Shown here piece by piece: positions 1-9,679 of a stretch of DNA of 64,000 nt; the stretch's first letter is position 1; every line of letters begins with the position of its first letter. The translations under genes were made by a program, and so were the position numbers. The notes beneath the pieces were generated by a model. That model worked only from the letters and a program-made list of their open reading frames with translations, had not been told where the DNA came from and made no database searches. The stretch comes from an uncultured Solirubrobacteraceae bacterium. GTDB taxonomy: Bacteria; Actinomycetota; Thermoleophilia; Solirubrobacterales; Solirubrobacteraceae. The stretch is from positions 21,224 to 85,223 of the forward strand of contig CAWBYD010000006.1 in assembly GCA_963792915.1 (NCBI GenBank). Reading direction: 5' to 3'.

Positions 1-3
1 GTC

Positions 4-1239
4 GTGGTGGCCTCGCTGGCCGCGGCGCGCCGGGACCCGCTGCGCGCGGCGCTGGTCGCGTGTGATTGGGATGTGGTCGTCGTAGACGAGGCGCACCGGC
101 TCAAGAACCCTCGCAGCGCCTCGGCACGCCTGGCGCGGGCGCTGCGGGCCCGCCACCTGCTGCTGCTCACCGCGACGCCGATCGAGAACCGCCTCGCCGA
201 CCTGTTCCAGCTGGTCAGCCTCGTGCGGCCGGGGCTGTTGGGCGGCGCGCGCGAGTTCCGCACCCGTCACGGCGGCGGCGACGGCCGCGCCGTGCGCAAC
301 GTCGCCTCGCTTCAGCTCGCGCTGCGCGAGCTGATGGTCCGCCATCGCCGGAGCGAGATCTCGGTGATGCTGCCGCGCCGGCTTGCCGACACGGTGCGGG
401 TCGCGCCCTGCGCGCAGGAGGCCGAGCTCTACGATGCGATTTCCGCGCGCGTGCGCAGCGAGGCGCGTGACGCCGGACCGGCCCGCGCGCTGGCATTGCG
501 CAGCGTCCAGCAGCTCGCCGGTTCGAGCCCGTGGGCGTGCATCCGTGTGCTCACGAAGCTCGGCTGGGGCGATCTGGCTCAGCAGGCCGCGGCGGTTCCC
601 GCCACCGCCAAGGTGGAGGCCGTGCTGGCGCTGATCGATCGCCACCTGGAGCGCGGGGAGAAGGTCGTGGTCTTCACCGCGTCGCGCGTGACGCTGGACC
701 ACCTGACTCGCGCCGTCGCCGCGCGTGGCATCGTGGCCGCGCACTACCACGGCAGCCTGGCTCGCGCGGAGAAGGACGCGGCGATCGCCGCGTTCGCCGG
801 CGCGACGCCCGTGCTGCTGAGCACCGAAGCGGCTGGAGAGGGTCGCAACCTGCAGTTCTGTCATGCGATGGTCAACTTCGACCTGCCGTGGAACCCGATG
901 CGGATCGAGCAGAGGCTCGGACGGATTCACCGGATCGGTCAATGCCACGAAGTGGTGCTGACCAACCTGGTCGCGCGCGGGACGATCGAAGAGCGGCTGC
1001 TCGACGTCCTGCAGGCGAAGATCAACATGTTCGAGCTCGTCGTCGGCGAGCTCGACATGATCCTCGGGCGCGTGGACGACGATCTCGACATCGAGACGCT
1101 TGTGTTCGAGCAGCACGTCGCGAGCAGTGACGACACCGAGCTCTCGGCGCGGCTCGACGCGGTCGGCGATCGGCTTGCGAGCGCACGCGACGCCTATCTC
1201 GAGACGCGCGATCGGATCGACGGGCTGGTCGCCGCATGA
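4..1239 (+). CDS. SNF2-family (RapA/YqhH-like) helicase, 5' end outside the window
   Basis: Motifs DEAHRLK, LLLTATPIEN, STEAAGEGRNLQF and FDLPWNPMRIEQRLGRIHRIGQ. Walker A lies upstream of the window. Confidence 0.9.
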   Translation: MVASLAAARRDPLRAALVACDWDVVVVDEAHRLKNPRSASARLARALRARHLLLLTATPIENRLADLFQLVSLVRPGLLGGAREFRTRHGGGDGRAVRNVASLQLALRELMVRHRRSEISVMLPRRLADTVRVAPCAQEAELYDAISARVRSEARDAGPARALALRSVQQLAGSSPWACIRVLTKLGWGDLAQQAAAVPATAKVEAVLALIDRHLERGEKVVVFTASRVTLDHLTRAVAARGIVAAHYHGSLARAEKDAAIAAFAGATPVLLSTEAAGEGRNLQFCHAMVNFDLPWNPMRIEQRLGRIHRIGQCHEVVLTNLVARGTIEERLLDVLQAKINMFELVVGELDMILGRVDDDLDIETLVFEQHVASSDDTELSARLDAVGDRLASARDAYLETRDRIDGLVAA

Positions 1240-3245
1240 TCGCCGTCGGCGAAGAGCCGGCGCTGCGCTTCTGGCTGCGCTACGCCGAGCGCGAGGGGGC
1301 TCTGGTCGAGGAGCACGGCGAGCACGCGCTCCTGCTGCTTCCGCAGCCGCTGCAGGCGGCGAGCGAGCTCCCCGAGGAGGTGGCCGTCACCGCCGATCCT
1401 GACGTCGCGCGCGAGGACGGAGCGACGCTGCTGATCCCTGGCCACCCAGCGATCGAGCGCGCAGCGGCAGCGGTGCTCGCGCAGGGCGACGCCGGACACG
1501 CGTTCCTGCCCTGGCCCAAGTCGCGTGCGCCCGCGCGCTCGGCGCTCGAGGCACGCGCCCGCGAGCTGGTGCCGGTGGAGCACGGGCGCCTCGACGCCAC
1601 CGGCGAGCTCGCTTCGGTGTACGTCCCACTGTTGCGCGTCGGAGCGGTCGTCAGCTACTCCGCATCGCTCTCGCTGCGTTTCGAGGAGCAGGAAGAGGCC
1701 TGGGTGGATGCGCGCACCGGCCTCGCGCCCGGCGCGGGGACACTCGCGACGCTGGCCGGCGCGGGCTGGAACCACGCACCTGACCAGCGTCACCGCAGAC
1801 TGCCCGCCGATCTTGCGGCGGCACTCCCACGGGCGCACGAGCAGTTGGAGCGGCGCGCCGCCGAGCGCCAGCGGTCGCTCGCGGTCCACGCGCGTCGCGC
1901 GCGCGACTCCGAGCTGGCGCGCGCAGACGCCTACTACCAGAGCGCGCTGGAGTCGATCGCCCACCGGCGTGCCACCGCAGACTCCGAGCGCGCCAGGCTG
2001 CTTGACGCGCAGGCTGACGCGACTCGCGCCGAGCACACGCGCCGCCGGCGGGAGATCGAACGCGCGTACGAGCCGAGCCGCGAGATCAGACCGTTCCGGC
2101 TGCAGTTGGTGCACGTTCCCGCGTTCGTTCTGGCGGTCGACGTGCGGCGTGGGAGTCGGAGCTTCCCGTTTACGCTCACGTGGCTGGCGACGGCAGGCGA
2201 GTTTGCGGCCTCGCGCTGCCCCGCCTGCGGCGTGGCGGCGGGGCTGGTCGCCGGCCGAGACGGGCTCGGTTGCGCAGCGTGCGCGCCTAGCCGGGCTCCG
2301 TCAGCGACAGCCGCCGCGCGCACACAGCCCGCGCGTCCGCGCGCCATCCGGCCCGCACCGCCGCCATATCCGTCCGGGGCCGCCGCGGCCCAACCGTCGG
2401 AGGCGGCCACGCGCAGCGCGCCACCGCCTCAACCGGTCGTGCGCGCCGCGACCCCTCGGAGAGCCCCCGCGCCAGCGCGCCCTGCCAGGTCACGGCTGCC
2501 GCGCTCGAGCCCTTCGAGCCGCTCCGGAGGCAGGCCGCCGAGCGATGACAGAATCGAGCGCACGGGCAACAAGCTTGCGCTCGCCTTCTGGCAGCGCGTT
2601 GCTGGCGGCGAACGCTGGCCGCGCGCGAAGACCGCGCGCGACTCGCCGCTGCGGGCGCTCTATCGGCTCTACGGTGCGCCCGGGCCCCTGCACGCGCTCG
2701 GGGTTCCGCGCGGACGGCTTCCAGACGAGGCCACGGCGGTCACGTACCCCGGGCAGCGGGGTGAGCCTGCGCGGACGGTCGGCGTCGTGTTCGCGCAAGG
2801 CCGCGGCTACCGGTATGCGCTCGCTTGGTGGCTGGAAGCGGGCAAGCCGACGGTCGGCGAGGTATCTCCGGCGCCGCACCCGCTCGCGCTGCCGCCGCTC
2901 GAGGGCGACGGCAGCGATCTCGGCGCGCTACTGCGCGAAGCGGCCGTACCGCCGGCGATCGAGCTCGATCCGGTCGCGGCGGCTCTCTGGGTCGCTGAGC
3001 TTGGGCGCAGCGGCCTGCCGTTCGTCGTTCGCTGCCTGGCGACGTGGTGGCGCGTCCGCGACGACGCCGCGGCGGGTCACGACGCCGCGGCCGCGGCCGT
3101 CGCGCACGCGGTGGCCAAGGCGTGCGGCATGCGCCGCACCAAGGACGCCGCGGCATCGATCTACGGCATCGAGGTCGCGGCCTTGGACCGGGCGGCGCAA
3201 GCGCTCGGTGGCGCGTTGCGGCTCGACCGCGCGCGCGGCTGGTAG
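1236..3245 (+). CDS. YqhG-like partner of the SNF2 helicase: coiled coil, Zn ribbon, Pro/Ala/Arg linker and extra C-terminal domain
   Basis: ATGA overlap with the helicase stop. Helical segment ARDSELARADAYY, then CPACG...CAAC. The arrangement resembles Bacillus yqhH-yqhG (recall). Confidence 0.65.
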   Translation: MIAVGEEPALRFWLRYAEREGALVEEHGEHALLLLPQPLQAASELPEEVAVTADPDVAREDGATLLIPGHPAIERAAAAVLAQGDAGHAFLPWPKSRAPARSALEARARELVPVEHGRLDATGELASVYVPLLRVGAVVSYSASLSLRFEEQEEAWVDARTGLAPGAGTLATLAGAGWNHAPDQRHRRLPADLAAALPRAHEQLERRAAERQRSLAVHARRARDSELARADAYYQSALESIAHRRATADSERARLLDAQADATRAEHTRRRREIERAYEPSREIRPFRLQLVHVPAFVLAVDVRRGSRSFPFTLTWLATAGEFAASRCPACGVAAGLVAGRDGLGCAACAPSRAPSATAAARTQPARPRAIRPAPPPYPSGAAAAQPSEAATRSAPPPQPVVRAATPRRAPAPARPARSRLPRSSPSSRSGGRPPSDDRIERTGNKLALAFWQRVAGGERWPRAKTARDSPLRALYRLYGAPGPLHALGVPRGRLPDEATAVTYPGQRGEPARTVGVVFAQGRGYRYALAWWLEAGKPTVGEVSPAPHPLALPPLEGDGSDLGALLREAAVPPAIELDPVAAALWVAELGRSGLPFVVRCLATWWRVRDDAAAGHDAAAAAVAHAVAKACGMRRTKDAAASIYGIEVAALDRAAQALGGALRLDRARGW

Positions 3246-3628
3246 GCGGCGCGCGCCACCTGACCAACGCGGCGGTGCCCGCTCGCACAGGGCTCCGATG
3301 GCGTTCTGCATAGACGGCGCGTCGACGTTCCCAGATCGGTTCCGTCACGCCCGCAGTCACACTAGACGTCGGGTCGATCAGCGCCACGGGTGGTCCGGTC
3401 CGAGCTGCAGGTGGAGCAGTCGCTGGTGCGCTCGGTCGGCGAGCAATGCCGTTGGACTCTCCGAGCCGGAGCGGTACGCCCACTGTGGCCTCCCGGCGGC
3501 ATCGGTCAACTGGACGGCGAGTGCGTGTCCCTGCTGCCGGATGGGATGATGTTGGCGCTTCTCGCCGGCCGGGCGACGGCGTCGATCGACTTCGTGTACC
3601 CGCGATCGTGGCTCGCGCTGGAGATGCG

Positions 3629-4744
3629 TCAGCTGCGCAGCGTCTGAGGTGGTTCTTCGCCGATCGCGAGTTCGCCGGCTGTCCAGGCGAGCGCGAGGAG
3701 CAGCCATTTGGCGATCTCCATCGGTTCGATGTCGGAGCCGGTCTCCAGAGCGTTCAGGTAGGCGCGCAGGGCTTGCGTGAGCCATGAGGCGACGGCGTAC
3801 TGCAGGCCGTTGCGTTCGTCGCGGATCTCGTTCCAGGCCGCGACGGCCTCGCCGACCGCGCAGCGAATGACCCAGTCGCGTTCGGAGAGTTTCGGTTCGC
3901 CGGTGTGCTGGGCGAGCATCTCGATCGCCGCGATCGTGGCCAGTGCGCTGAGCTTGGTGTATTGCGCGTGCTGGATGCGCAGGCTCACTCGGTCGGATGC
4001 TGTGGCGTCCGTTGGGCGGTACGCGAGTGCGGTCGCGCCGGAGCTGATCGCCTCGACCAGGCAGTCACCGATCGAGGTCACAGGGTTGCCGTAGATGACG
4101 TCAGCGCCCGAGAGCCGCGCCGACGGCGGGTCGTCGCCGCTGCGGGCGCGTTCGCGTTCCTCGAAGAAGGCGTCGAGTACCACTTGCACGCGCCGCACGT
4201 GCACATCCTCATCGGTCGCTGTGTCGGCCGGGCGGACGGTGCGGTCCAGGAGGCGGTCCTCGACGAGGTCGAGCGGCTGTACGTAGCCACCGCCGCGGTT
4301 GTGCAGCGTGCGGCGCAGCTGCCGGTTGAGGCCGCGTAGGTCGGCGACGGCCAGTCCTCCGCTGGCCGCGCTGTGGTTGCGGCACATCGTCGCGGTGTCG
4401 TTCATGAAGCCGAGCACCTGCCGGCTCGCGGTGCGTGCCAGCCGCAGCGACGCCGGATCGAGGACGGCGAGCGCATCGCGGGCGAAGCCCTCATCCGCAA
4501 GAGCCGCCTCGATGTGGGCGATCACGAACGATCCGATCGTCTTGAGCTCGCGCGCACGGACGTCGGCGACGAACACGGGAAACAGCGTCCCCGCGTGCGT
4601 GAGCAGCAGGCATTTTCGCCGGTCGATCCAGAACAGGTTGGCGTACCAGTCCTCGTCGCTCGGTTGCGCGTCGACGAGCGTCGTGTCGTCGGCGCGCAGG
4701 AGGTCGAGCAGGCGCGTCGTGCAGCGGAGGATCACGCGCCGCAA
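3629..4744 (-). CDS. DUF6933-like N-terminal domain protein with C-terminal helical extension
   Basis: ILRCTTRLL...WYANLFWIDRRKCLLLTHAGTLFPVF...TASRQVLGFMND pattern. Confidence 0.7.
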   Translation of the reverse strand: MRRVILRCTTRLLDLLRADDTTLVDAQPSDEDWYANLFWIDRRKCLLLTHAGTLFPVFVADVRARELKTIGSFVIAHIEAALADEGFARDALAVLDPASLRLARTASRQVLGFMNDTATMCRNHSAASGGLAVADLRGLNRQLRRTLHNRGGGYVQPLDLVEDRLLDRTVRPADTATDEDVHVRRVQVVLDAFFEERERARSGDDPPSARLSGADVIYGNPVTSIGDCLVEAISSGATALAYRPTDATASDRVSLRIQHAQYTKLSALATIAAIEMLAQHTGEPKLSERDWVIRCAVGEAVAAWNEIRDERNGLQYAVASWLTQALRAYLNALETGSDIEPMEIAKWLLLALAWTAGELAIGEEPPQTLRS

Positions 4745-4896
4745 GCCTACTCACAGGCGTCGGCGAGATCTCTCACGGCACCGTGAGCGAGTCGCTGAGC
4801 GTGATCTCGGCTGCCGTGCTGGCGCTGGCGCTCGCTGGCACCTCGGCGTGACTCCGCATCACAACCCGCCGAGCGTACGCCGCGGCTGCTCAGCCC

Positions 4897-4915
4897 GGGT
4901 AACGAGTGGGTAACG
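4897..4915 (+). repeat. Tandem GGGTAACG octamers, possible integrase arm-type sites
   Basis: GGGTAACG at 4897-4904 and 4908-4915, about 110 bp upstream of the tRNA fragment. Confidence 0.45.
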
Positions 4916-5026
4916 GAGGGTGCCGAACGATGCCGTTGCCCGCGGGCAGCTGCCGAGTCACGGATTCGGCGTCCACGCAGGCAATTTGGCCTCCTGCGCG
5001 ATGCCGGGAGACCGACTCGGACTGCC

Positions 5027-5070
5027 ATGGCAAGGAAGGGGTCGACGGTTCGAGTCCGTCAGAGGGCTCT
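5027..5070 (+). repeat. 3' half of a tRNA-Thr(GGT)-like gene, att-site copy 1
   Basis: atggcaaggaaggggtcgacggttcgagtccgtcagagggctct: anticodon loop remnant, T arm GACGG-TTCGAGT-CCGTC and acceptor 3' strand. No D arm or 5' strand upstream. 43/44 identical to 31714-31757. Confidence 0.8.
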
Positions 5071-5132
5071 GCACCCCGTTTTGCAGGGGATTCTTGAGTC
5101 GGACGTCCGACGGTCGCGGTAGCGTCGTCGCG

Positions 5133-5414
5133 GTGGCCTCGCTCGTCGTTCTGGATGGGAGCGGACGCTCAGTCGAACTCACCGAGGAACGCTGGGCGCA
5201 CATCGTCGGCGGCCATCCGGAGCTCGCGCCGCACCAAGGCGACGTCATGCGCCTGGTCCAGTCGCCCGATCACCGACTCGGCGGACGGCGTGCCGGCGAG
5301 GAATGGTTCTACTCGGAGGGCGTCGGACCAAGTCGCTTCCTGAAGGTGGTGGTTGCGTACGATGGACGTGACGGCCGCGTCATCACCGCGTTCGCCCGCC
5401 GCTCGATGCCATGA
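5133..5414 (+). CDS. Putative RelE/BrnT-like (DUF4258-like) toxin
   Basis: ELTEERWAHIVGGHPEL...LKVVVAYDGRDGRVITAF. ATGA overlap with the DUF2283 gene. GTG start at 5133 inferred. Confidence 0.65.
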   Translation: MASLVVLDGSGRSVELTEERWAHIVGGHPELAPHQGDVMRLVQSPDHRLGGRRAGEEWFYSEGVGPSRFLKVVVAYDGRDGRVITAFARRSMP

Positions 5415-5683
5415 CCATCCGCGTCGCCAACACCGACTTCGACCGCGTCGACTACGACGCGGACGCCGACGTGCTCTACCTCGCGGCGGTTGATCCTGCT
5501 CGCGCCGTCGACTTCGACGAAACGCCGGAGGGGCACGCGGTGCGCTACGGCCCGGAGGGCGAGATCGTCGGGATCACGATCGTCAACGCCCGCCGACTAC
5601 TGGACGAGAACGGGGCGATCCGGATCACCTTGCCGGAGACGATCTCGGCCGCAGTGCTAGGCCCGGCGCTCGCCGGCGCCTAG
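5411..5683 (+). CDS. DUF2283 domain protein, putative antitoxin
   Basis: VDYDADADVLYL...GEIVGITIVNA signature. Confidence 0.8.
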   Translation: MTIRVANTDFDRVDYDADADVLYLAAVDPARAVDFDETPEGHAVRYGPEGEIVGITIVNARRLLDENGAIRITLPETISAAVLGPALAGA

Positions 5684-5819
5684 TACCGACGGGGGATCAG
5701 CGCTCGCGCGATTGGCTGGTAGCCAACGCACGACTGGCTACTACGGCGCGCGACGTTGGCGAGTCCCGAGTCGGTGCAGCGGCTTCGCGCGAGGCCGCGG
5801 TGGCGCTTTCCGCTCCGGC

Positions 5820-7090
5820 TCACGGGCACAGGAGCGCAGCCGGCACCACGGCGATTCCATCCTCGCGCGACGATAGGCCTCCGGTCCTGTCGTGACCACG
5901 ACGGCGTCGAGCAGGTCGGCCCCGATCTGCTCGCGTAGCCACCTGAGATGAGCGACGTCCCGGTCGCCGACCGCGGGGCGGAGCCTGACTTCCATCGCCA
6001 GCACGCGGCCGTCGCCGCGTTCGACGATCAAATCGATCTCGCGCTCGCCCGCGAAGGTCCGCAGATGGCCGACGGTGGCCTCCGCCGTCTGCGCATACAC
6101 GCGCACGGACTGGGTCACCAACGACTCGAACAGCGCTCCCAGGAAGGTTCCGTCGCGGGGAACCACGACGCCCGGCTCGTCGCCCGCCAATAGCCGCCCG
6201 CTGTCGAGTCCGAGCAGCGTCGTCGCCAGCGCCGGGTCGGCGAGATGGTGCTTGGGCGGCTCGGTGAGGCGCGCGATGTGGCTGCGCGTCGGCTTCCAGC
6301 CCGGCAAGGGGTCGAGCACATACAGGCGTTCCAGGACGTCGCGGTACGGCATGATGGTGGTCCGGGCGGGTTTCTCGGACTCGCCGCCGGTGGCCCCGTC
6401 GCGCACCGTCCCAGCTCGCGGACGTTGCGGTCGCCGCGGCGTAGGCGAGCATCCAGCGACGCAACGCGGCCGGGTTGCGCGGCTGATGGCCGAGCTCCGG
6501 GAAGTCCTTGTCGATGATGCGCTCGATGTATCCGTCCAGCTGCGCGCGCCGCAGCCTGACGGGGAGGTCGCGCAAGCCGGGAAAGCCGGAGAGCTCTTCC
6601 GTGTAGTCCGCGAGCCCGAATGGACTCGCTCCGGCCAGCTGCGAGCAGCTCGCGCACGCTGACGGTCGCAATGCCCGGCCAGCGCTCGGCCAGTGAGAGC
6701 GGGCGCCTGCGCATCGCGACGATGCGTCGCGGGCAGGTGTGAACGCCGGTTCCCTTGGGCGCGACCGAGCTGGTCAGCAGAAACGGTCCGGGCGGATCGT
6801 GCGCGTCCACCGCCCGCCCAACGCGGTCCCAGACCGGCGGATAGTGCTGCCACTCGTCGATCAGCACCGGAGCCCGCTGGAAGAGCACGCGGCCCACGTC
6901 CCCTTCCACGACGGCGAGCTGGGTGTCGTCGTCGAGGTCATAGCGCGTGACGGTGCTCTGCTCTGCGGTCGAGGTCTTCCCGATCCCCCGCGCGCCCTCC
7001 AGCGCGACCGCAACGGTGGCCCCGGATGCCGCCTCCAAGTATTCGTCGAGCTCGTCATCGACGAAGCGGCGGCGGTGCGGTACAGGAACG
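5820..7090 (-). pseudogene. AAA_14 ATPase with DUF4143 domain, frameshifted
   Basis: GARGIGKTS, LIDEWQ, LLTSS, GALFES and REIDLIVE motifs spread over three frames. Start approximate. Confidence 0.8.
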
Positions 7091-7133
7091 TCTACGCGGA
7101 AATGGCGGAGCGGCGGAGGTGAGCGCCCCCGCC

Positions 7134-9224
7134 TCAGACGGGCAGGCGGGTCTGCGCCTCGTCCGGCATGTCCTCGACCACGCGCACGCCGCCGCTGAAG
7201 ACCTCGGGGTCCAGGAACGCGCGCATCAGCTTCTCGTGGGCGCGGTGGCGCAGCGACTGGGCTTCGTGGCGCAGCGCGTGGGCGTACTCGACCGGGTCGT
7301 TGCGCAGCTCGCCGGCGAGGCGGCGGGAGACGATCTGTTCCGCCGCCCAGTGGTAGACGGCGTTGGCGGCGGCCTCGACCTCGAGCATGCGATAGGGGAG
7401 GTACTCGCGGATCCGCGCGGGCTTCAGGCCGGCGCGCCGCGCGGCGCGCTCGAGCGCCTTGAACTCGGGCCGGCCCTCGTAGACGGTGACGATCCCGCTC
7501 TCAGGATCGAAATGAGCCTCGATCAGCGCATCCTCGTCCTTGCGGGCGATCTCCGACACCCAGCCGCTGGCGCGGTGGCGGACGATCAGCACCTCGAGCT
7601 CGGCGCTGTGGCCGGCCGCCTCGGCGGTGACCGTCAGCCGCGAGCCGGGGTCGACCATGACGCGGGCGCGCAGCGAGCCCGTCAGGCGTGCCCACCCGCC
7701 GCGGTTGGGCTCGGGCACGGTGTCGTCCCACAGCTTCAGCCGCAGCCCGGCGTCGGCGGTCACCGACACGGGCGTGCCAGGCGGGATCCGCGCGGGGTCG
7801 ATCACGAGCGAGACGCCGCGGTCTTCGCCCGGGTGCAGCCGCACCGGCGACTGCTTGAAGCGGAGCGGCCCGGTCAGCGTCGCGCCAGCGGTCTGCCGTG
7901 GCTCGGCGGGCGCGGCGGCGCCCGTGTCCGCCTCGGCCTCGGGCTCCGCGCGCGGCGGCGTGTCCGACGGCGTCCCACCGCGCTCGAAACCGGCGCCGCC
8001 GGGCGCGTCGAACGCGCTGCGCAGCGCGTCGTTGAGCGCGCGCAGACCGACCTGGTCGCGCGCCTGCACGGCGCGTCCGGCGCGGACGAGATGGGCGCCC
8101 GCACGGCGCTCCTCCGCGATCACGATCGGCCGCAGCACGCGCTCGATCGCCGCGTAGAGCTTCTGCACGACCGGGTGATGCTCGTTCAGGCCGGAGCGAT
8201 CGACCTTGACCACGACGTGCGGCCGTGGCGCGTCAAGGGCCGCGCGCTGGAGGTCCTCGAGCGCGTCGCAGATCACCTCGCCGTAGAGGTGCCGCGTGCC
8301 GGGCTCGCCCTCGTGTCCGGCGAGCGTCGTCTCGTGCGCGGCGCGTCCGGAGCGGATCACGAGGCCGCCGAGCCGCGTCGCCCGCGACGGGCTCAGCGGG
8401 ATTGGCTCCGCCGCGCGCCGCACGATCACCCGCGACCGCACGCCCGCCGCGACCTCGATCTCGTCGTCGAACAGCAGCGGTCGCTCGGGATCGGCCTCGA
8501 ACGCGGGCGGCGTGACGAGCTGCGCGCCTTCCCCGGGCAGCTCCAGCCACAGTTGGCGCGCGGGGTCCTCCAACACCGGCCGCAGCTGCACGAGCTGGCC
8601 GACGAGCCTCCGCAGCCGTGTGTTGGAGGGCGGGCTCCCCGCTGCGAGCGGCACGGTGATGCGCGTCCCGGGACCCTCGAACCCGAGCTGCTCCAGCGCG
8701 TGGGGACTGGCCGGCTCGTCGCGAACATGGACATACGCGTACGGATCGTCGCCCCCGGACGGGAAGAACCACGACTCGACCAGACGGCCGTCACGCACGC
8801 CCTCGATCCGGCCGCCGCCGTGCGCGAGCCAGACGTCACGCAGCCCGCGGCCGAACAACCCGCGCTGCCCGCTGGCGTCGGGCAGCACGCCGAGTGCCCC
8901 GAGCCGCCGGTCGACCGCCGCGGCGTCCATCCCCACGCCGTCGTCCGAGCAGCGCAGCTCGTGAAGCCACTCCAGCAGCGCCGGCGCGCGCAGGCGTCGC
9001 ATCGCCCGCTTCCACTCGCTCGCGAAGCCGGGATCGGGCGGCCCGAACCGCAACACGATCCGCCCGGACGGGCGACCGCCCAGCGCGATCGCAGAGTCGG
9101 CGTTGGTCACGAGCTCCGGGATCACCTGGACGAGGTCGATCCCGCCCTGCGCGAAGTTCTCGCGAAAGTAGCGGCCGTTGACCCGGCCGTGGCGGACGCG
9201 CGTCGGATCGAGCAGTGGCGGCAC
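7134..9224 (-). CDS. Stand-alone GHKL (HATPase_c) ATPase, MORC/MutL-like
   Basis: ELVTNADSA (N box), DDGVGM (G1), GLFGRG (G2), GTRIT. Followed by an S5-like segment (LYGEVICD...VDRSGL). Uninterrupted 696 aa. Confidence 0.8.
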   Translation of the reverse strand: MPPLLDPTRVRHGRVNGRYFRENFAQGGIDLVQVIPELVTNADSAIALGGRPSGRIVLRFGPPDPGFASEWKRAMRRLRAPALLEWLHELRCSDDGVGMDAAAVDRRLGALGVLPDASGQRGLFGRGLRDVWLAHGGGRIEGVRDGRLVESWFFPSGGDDPYAYVHVRDEPASPHALEQLGFEGPGTRITVPLAAGSPPSNTRLRRLVGQLVQLRPVLEDPARQLWLELPGEGAQLVTPPAFEADPERPLLFDDEIEVAAGVRSRVIVRRAAEPIPLSPSRATRLGGLVIRSGRAAHETTLAGHEGEPGTRHLYGEVICDALEDLQRAALDAPRPHVVVKVDRSGLNEHHPVVQKLYAAIERVLRPIVIAEERRAGAHLVRAGRAVQARDQVGLRALNDALRSAFDAPGGAGFERGGTPSDTPPRAEPEAEADTGAAAPAEPRQTAGATLTGPLRFKQSPVRLHPGEDRGVSLVIDPARIPPGTPVSVTADAGLRLKLWDDTVPEPNRGGWARLTGSLRARVMVDPGSRLTVTAEAAGHSAELEVLIVRHRASGWVSEIARKDEDALIEAHFDPESGIVTVYEGRPEFKALERAARRAGLKPARIREYLPYRMLEVEAAANAVYHWAAEQIVSRRLAGELRNDPVEYAHALRHEAQSLRHRAHEKLMRAFLDPEVFSGGVRVVEDMPDEAQTRLPV

Positions 9225-9304
9225 CGATCGGACTCTAATCCGCGGCCCGGCCGTGCCCGACGACGAGCGTCACTACGTCCGGCGGCCGAGCGATCATCCG
9301 TACC

Positions 9305-9679
9305 GTGGCGAAGCGATCCCGCGGACATGCACGGCCTCAGCCGCCGGGTGCGGCCGACCGTTCGCTGCTGGACGCGATCGCCGCCGGCGATCTCGACGCG
9401 CATCTCGATGCCCTTGCGGCCGCGGTTCGAGCCCGCCAGGAGCTGCTGTTCACGGTCCGCTCCTCGACCGCGCTCGCGACGCTCTGCGTCGGTGATGCGG
9501 TGCGGATTAACGATCGCATCAGCCCGCGGTACCTCGCCGGGGTGCACGGCACGGTCGTCGATCTCGACGGGTTCGCCGCCACGGTCCGGCTCGAGCGGCC
9601 CGTCGGGCGGTTCAACAGCGGGCGCGTGCGCTGCCCGCCGCTGGCGCTGGACAAGCTGACCTCGGCCGATGCCGCGTAA
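9305..9679 (+). CDS. Small hypothetical protein with an SH3/KOW-like C-terminal half
   Basis: LCVGDAVRI...PRYLAGVHGTVV pattern. Overlaps the next gene. Confidence 0.6.
   Translation: MAKRSRGHARPQPPGAADRSLLDAIAAGDLDAHLDALAAAVRARQELLFTVRSSTALATLCVGDAVRINDRISPRYLAGVHGTVVDLDGFAATVRLERPVGRFNSGRVRCPPLALDKLTSADAA

Noticed and set aside
3390..3647. 85-aa ORF
   Set aside because: No recognisable motif and it overlaps the end of the opposite-strand gene; cannot be supported.
5027..5070. Functional tRNA gene (also 31714-31757)
   Set aside because: No acceptor 5' strand or D arm upstream of either copy; these are fragments only.
4906..5097. ORFs containing GKEGVDGSSPSEG (also 31497-31775)
   Set aside because: The shared peptide is just the translation of the tRNA fragment.
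7026..9659. Long antisense or alternate-frame ORFs (also 1525-3549, 44857-45810, 55960-58290)
   Set aside because: Shadows of real genes in high-GC DNA with few stop codons.
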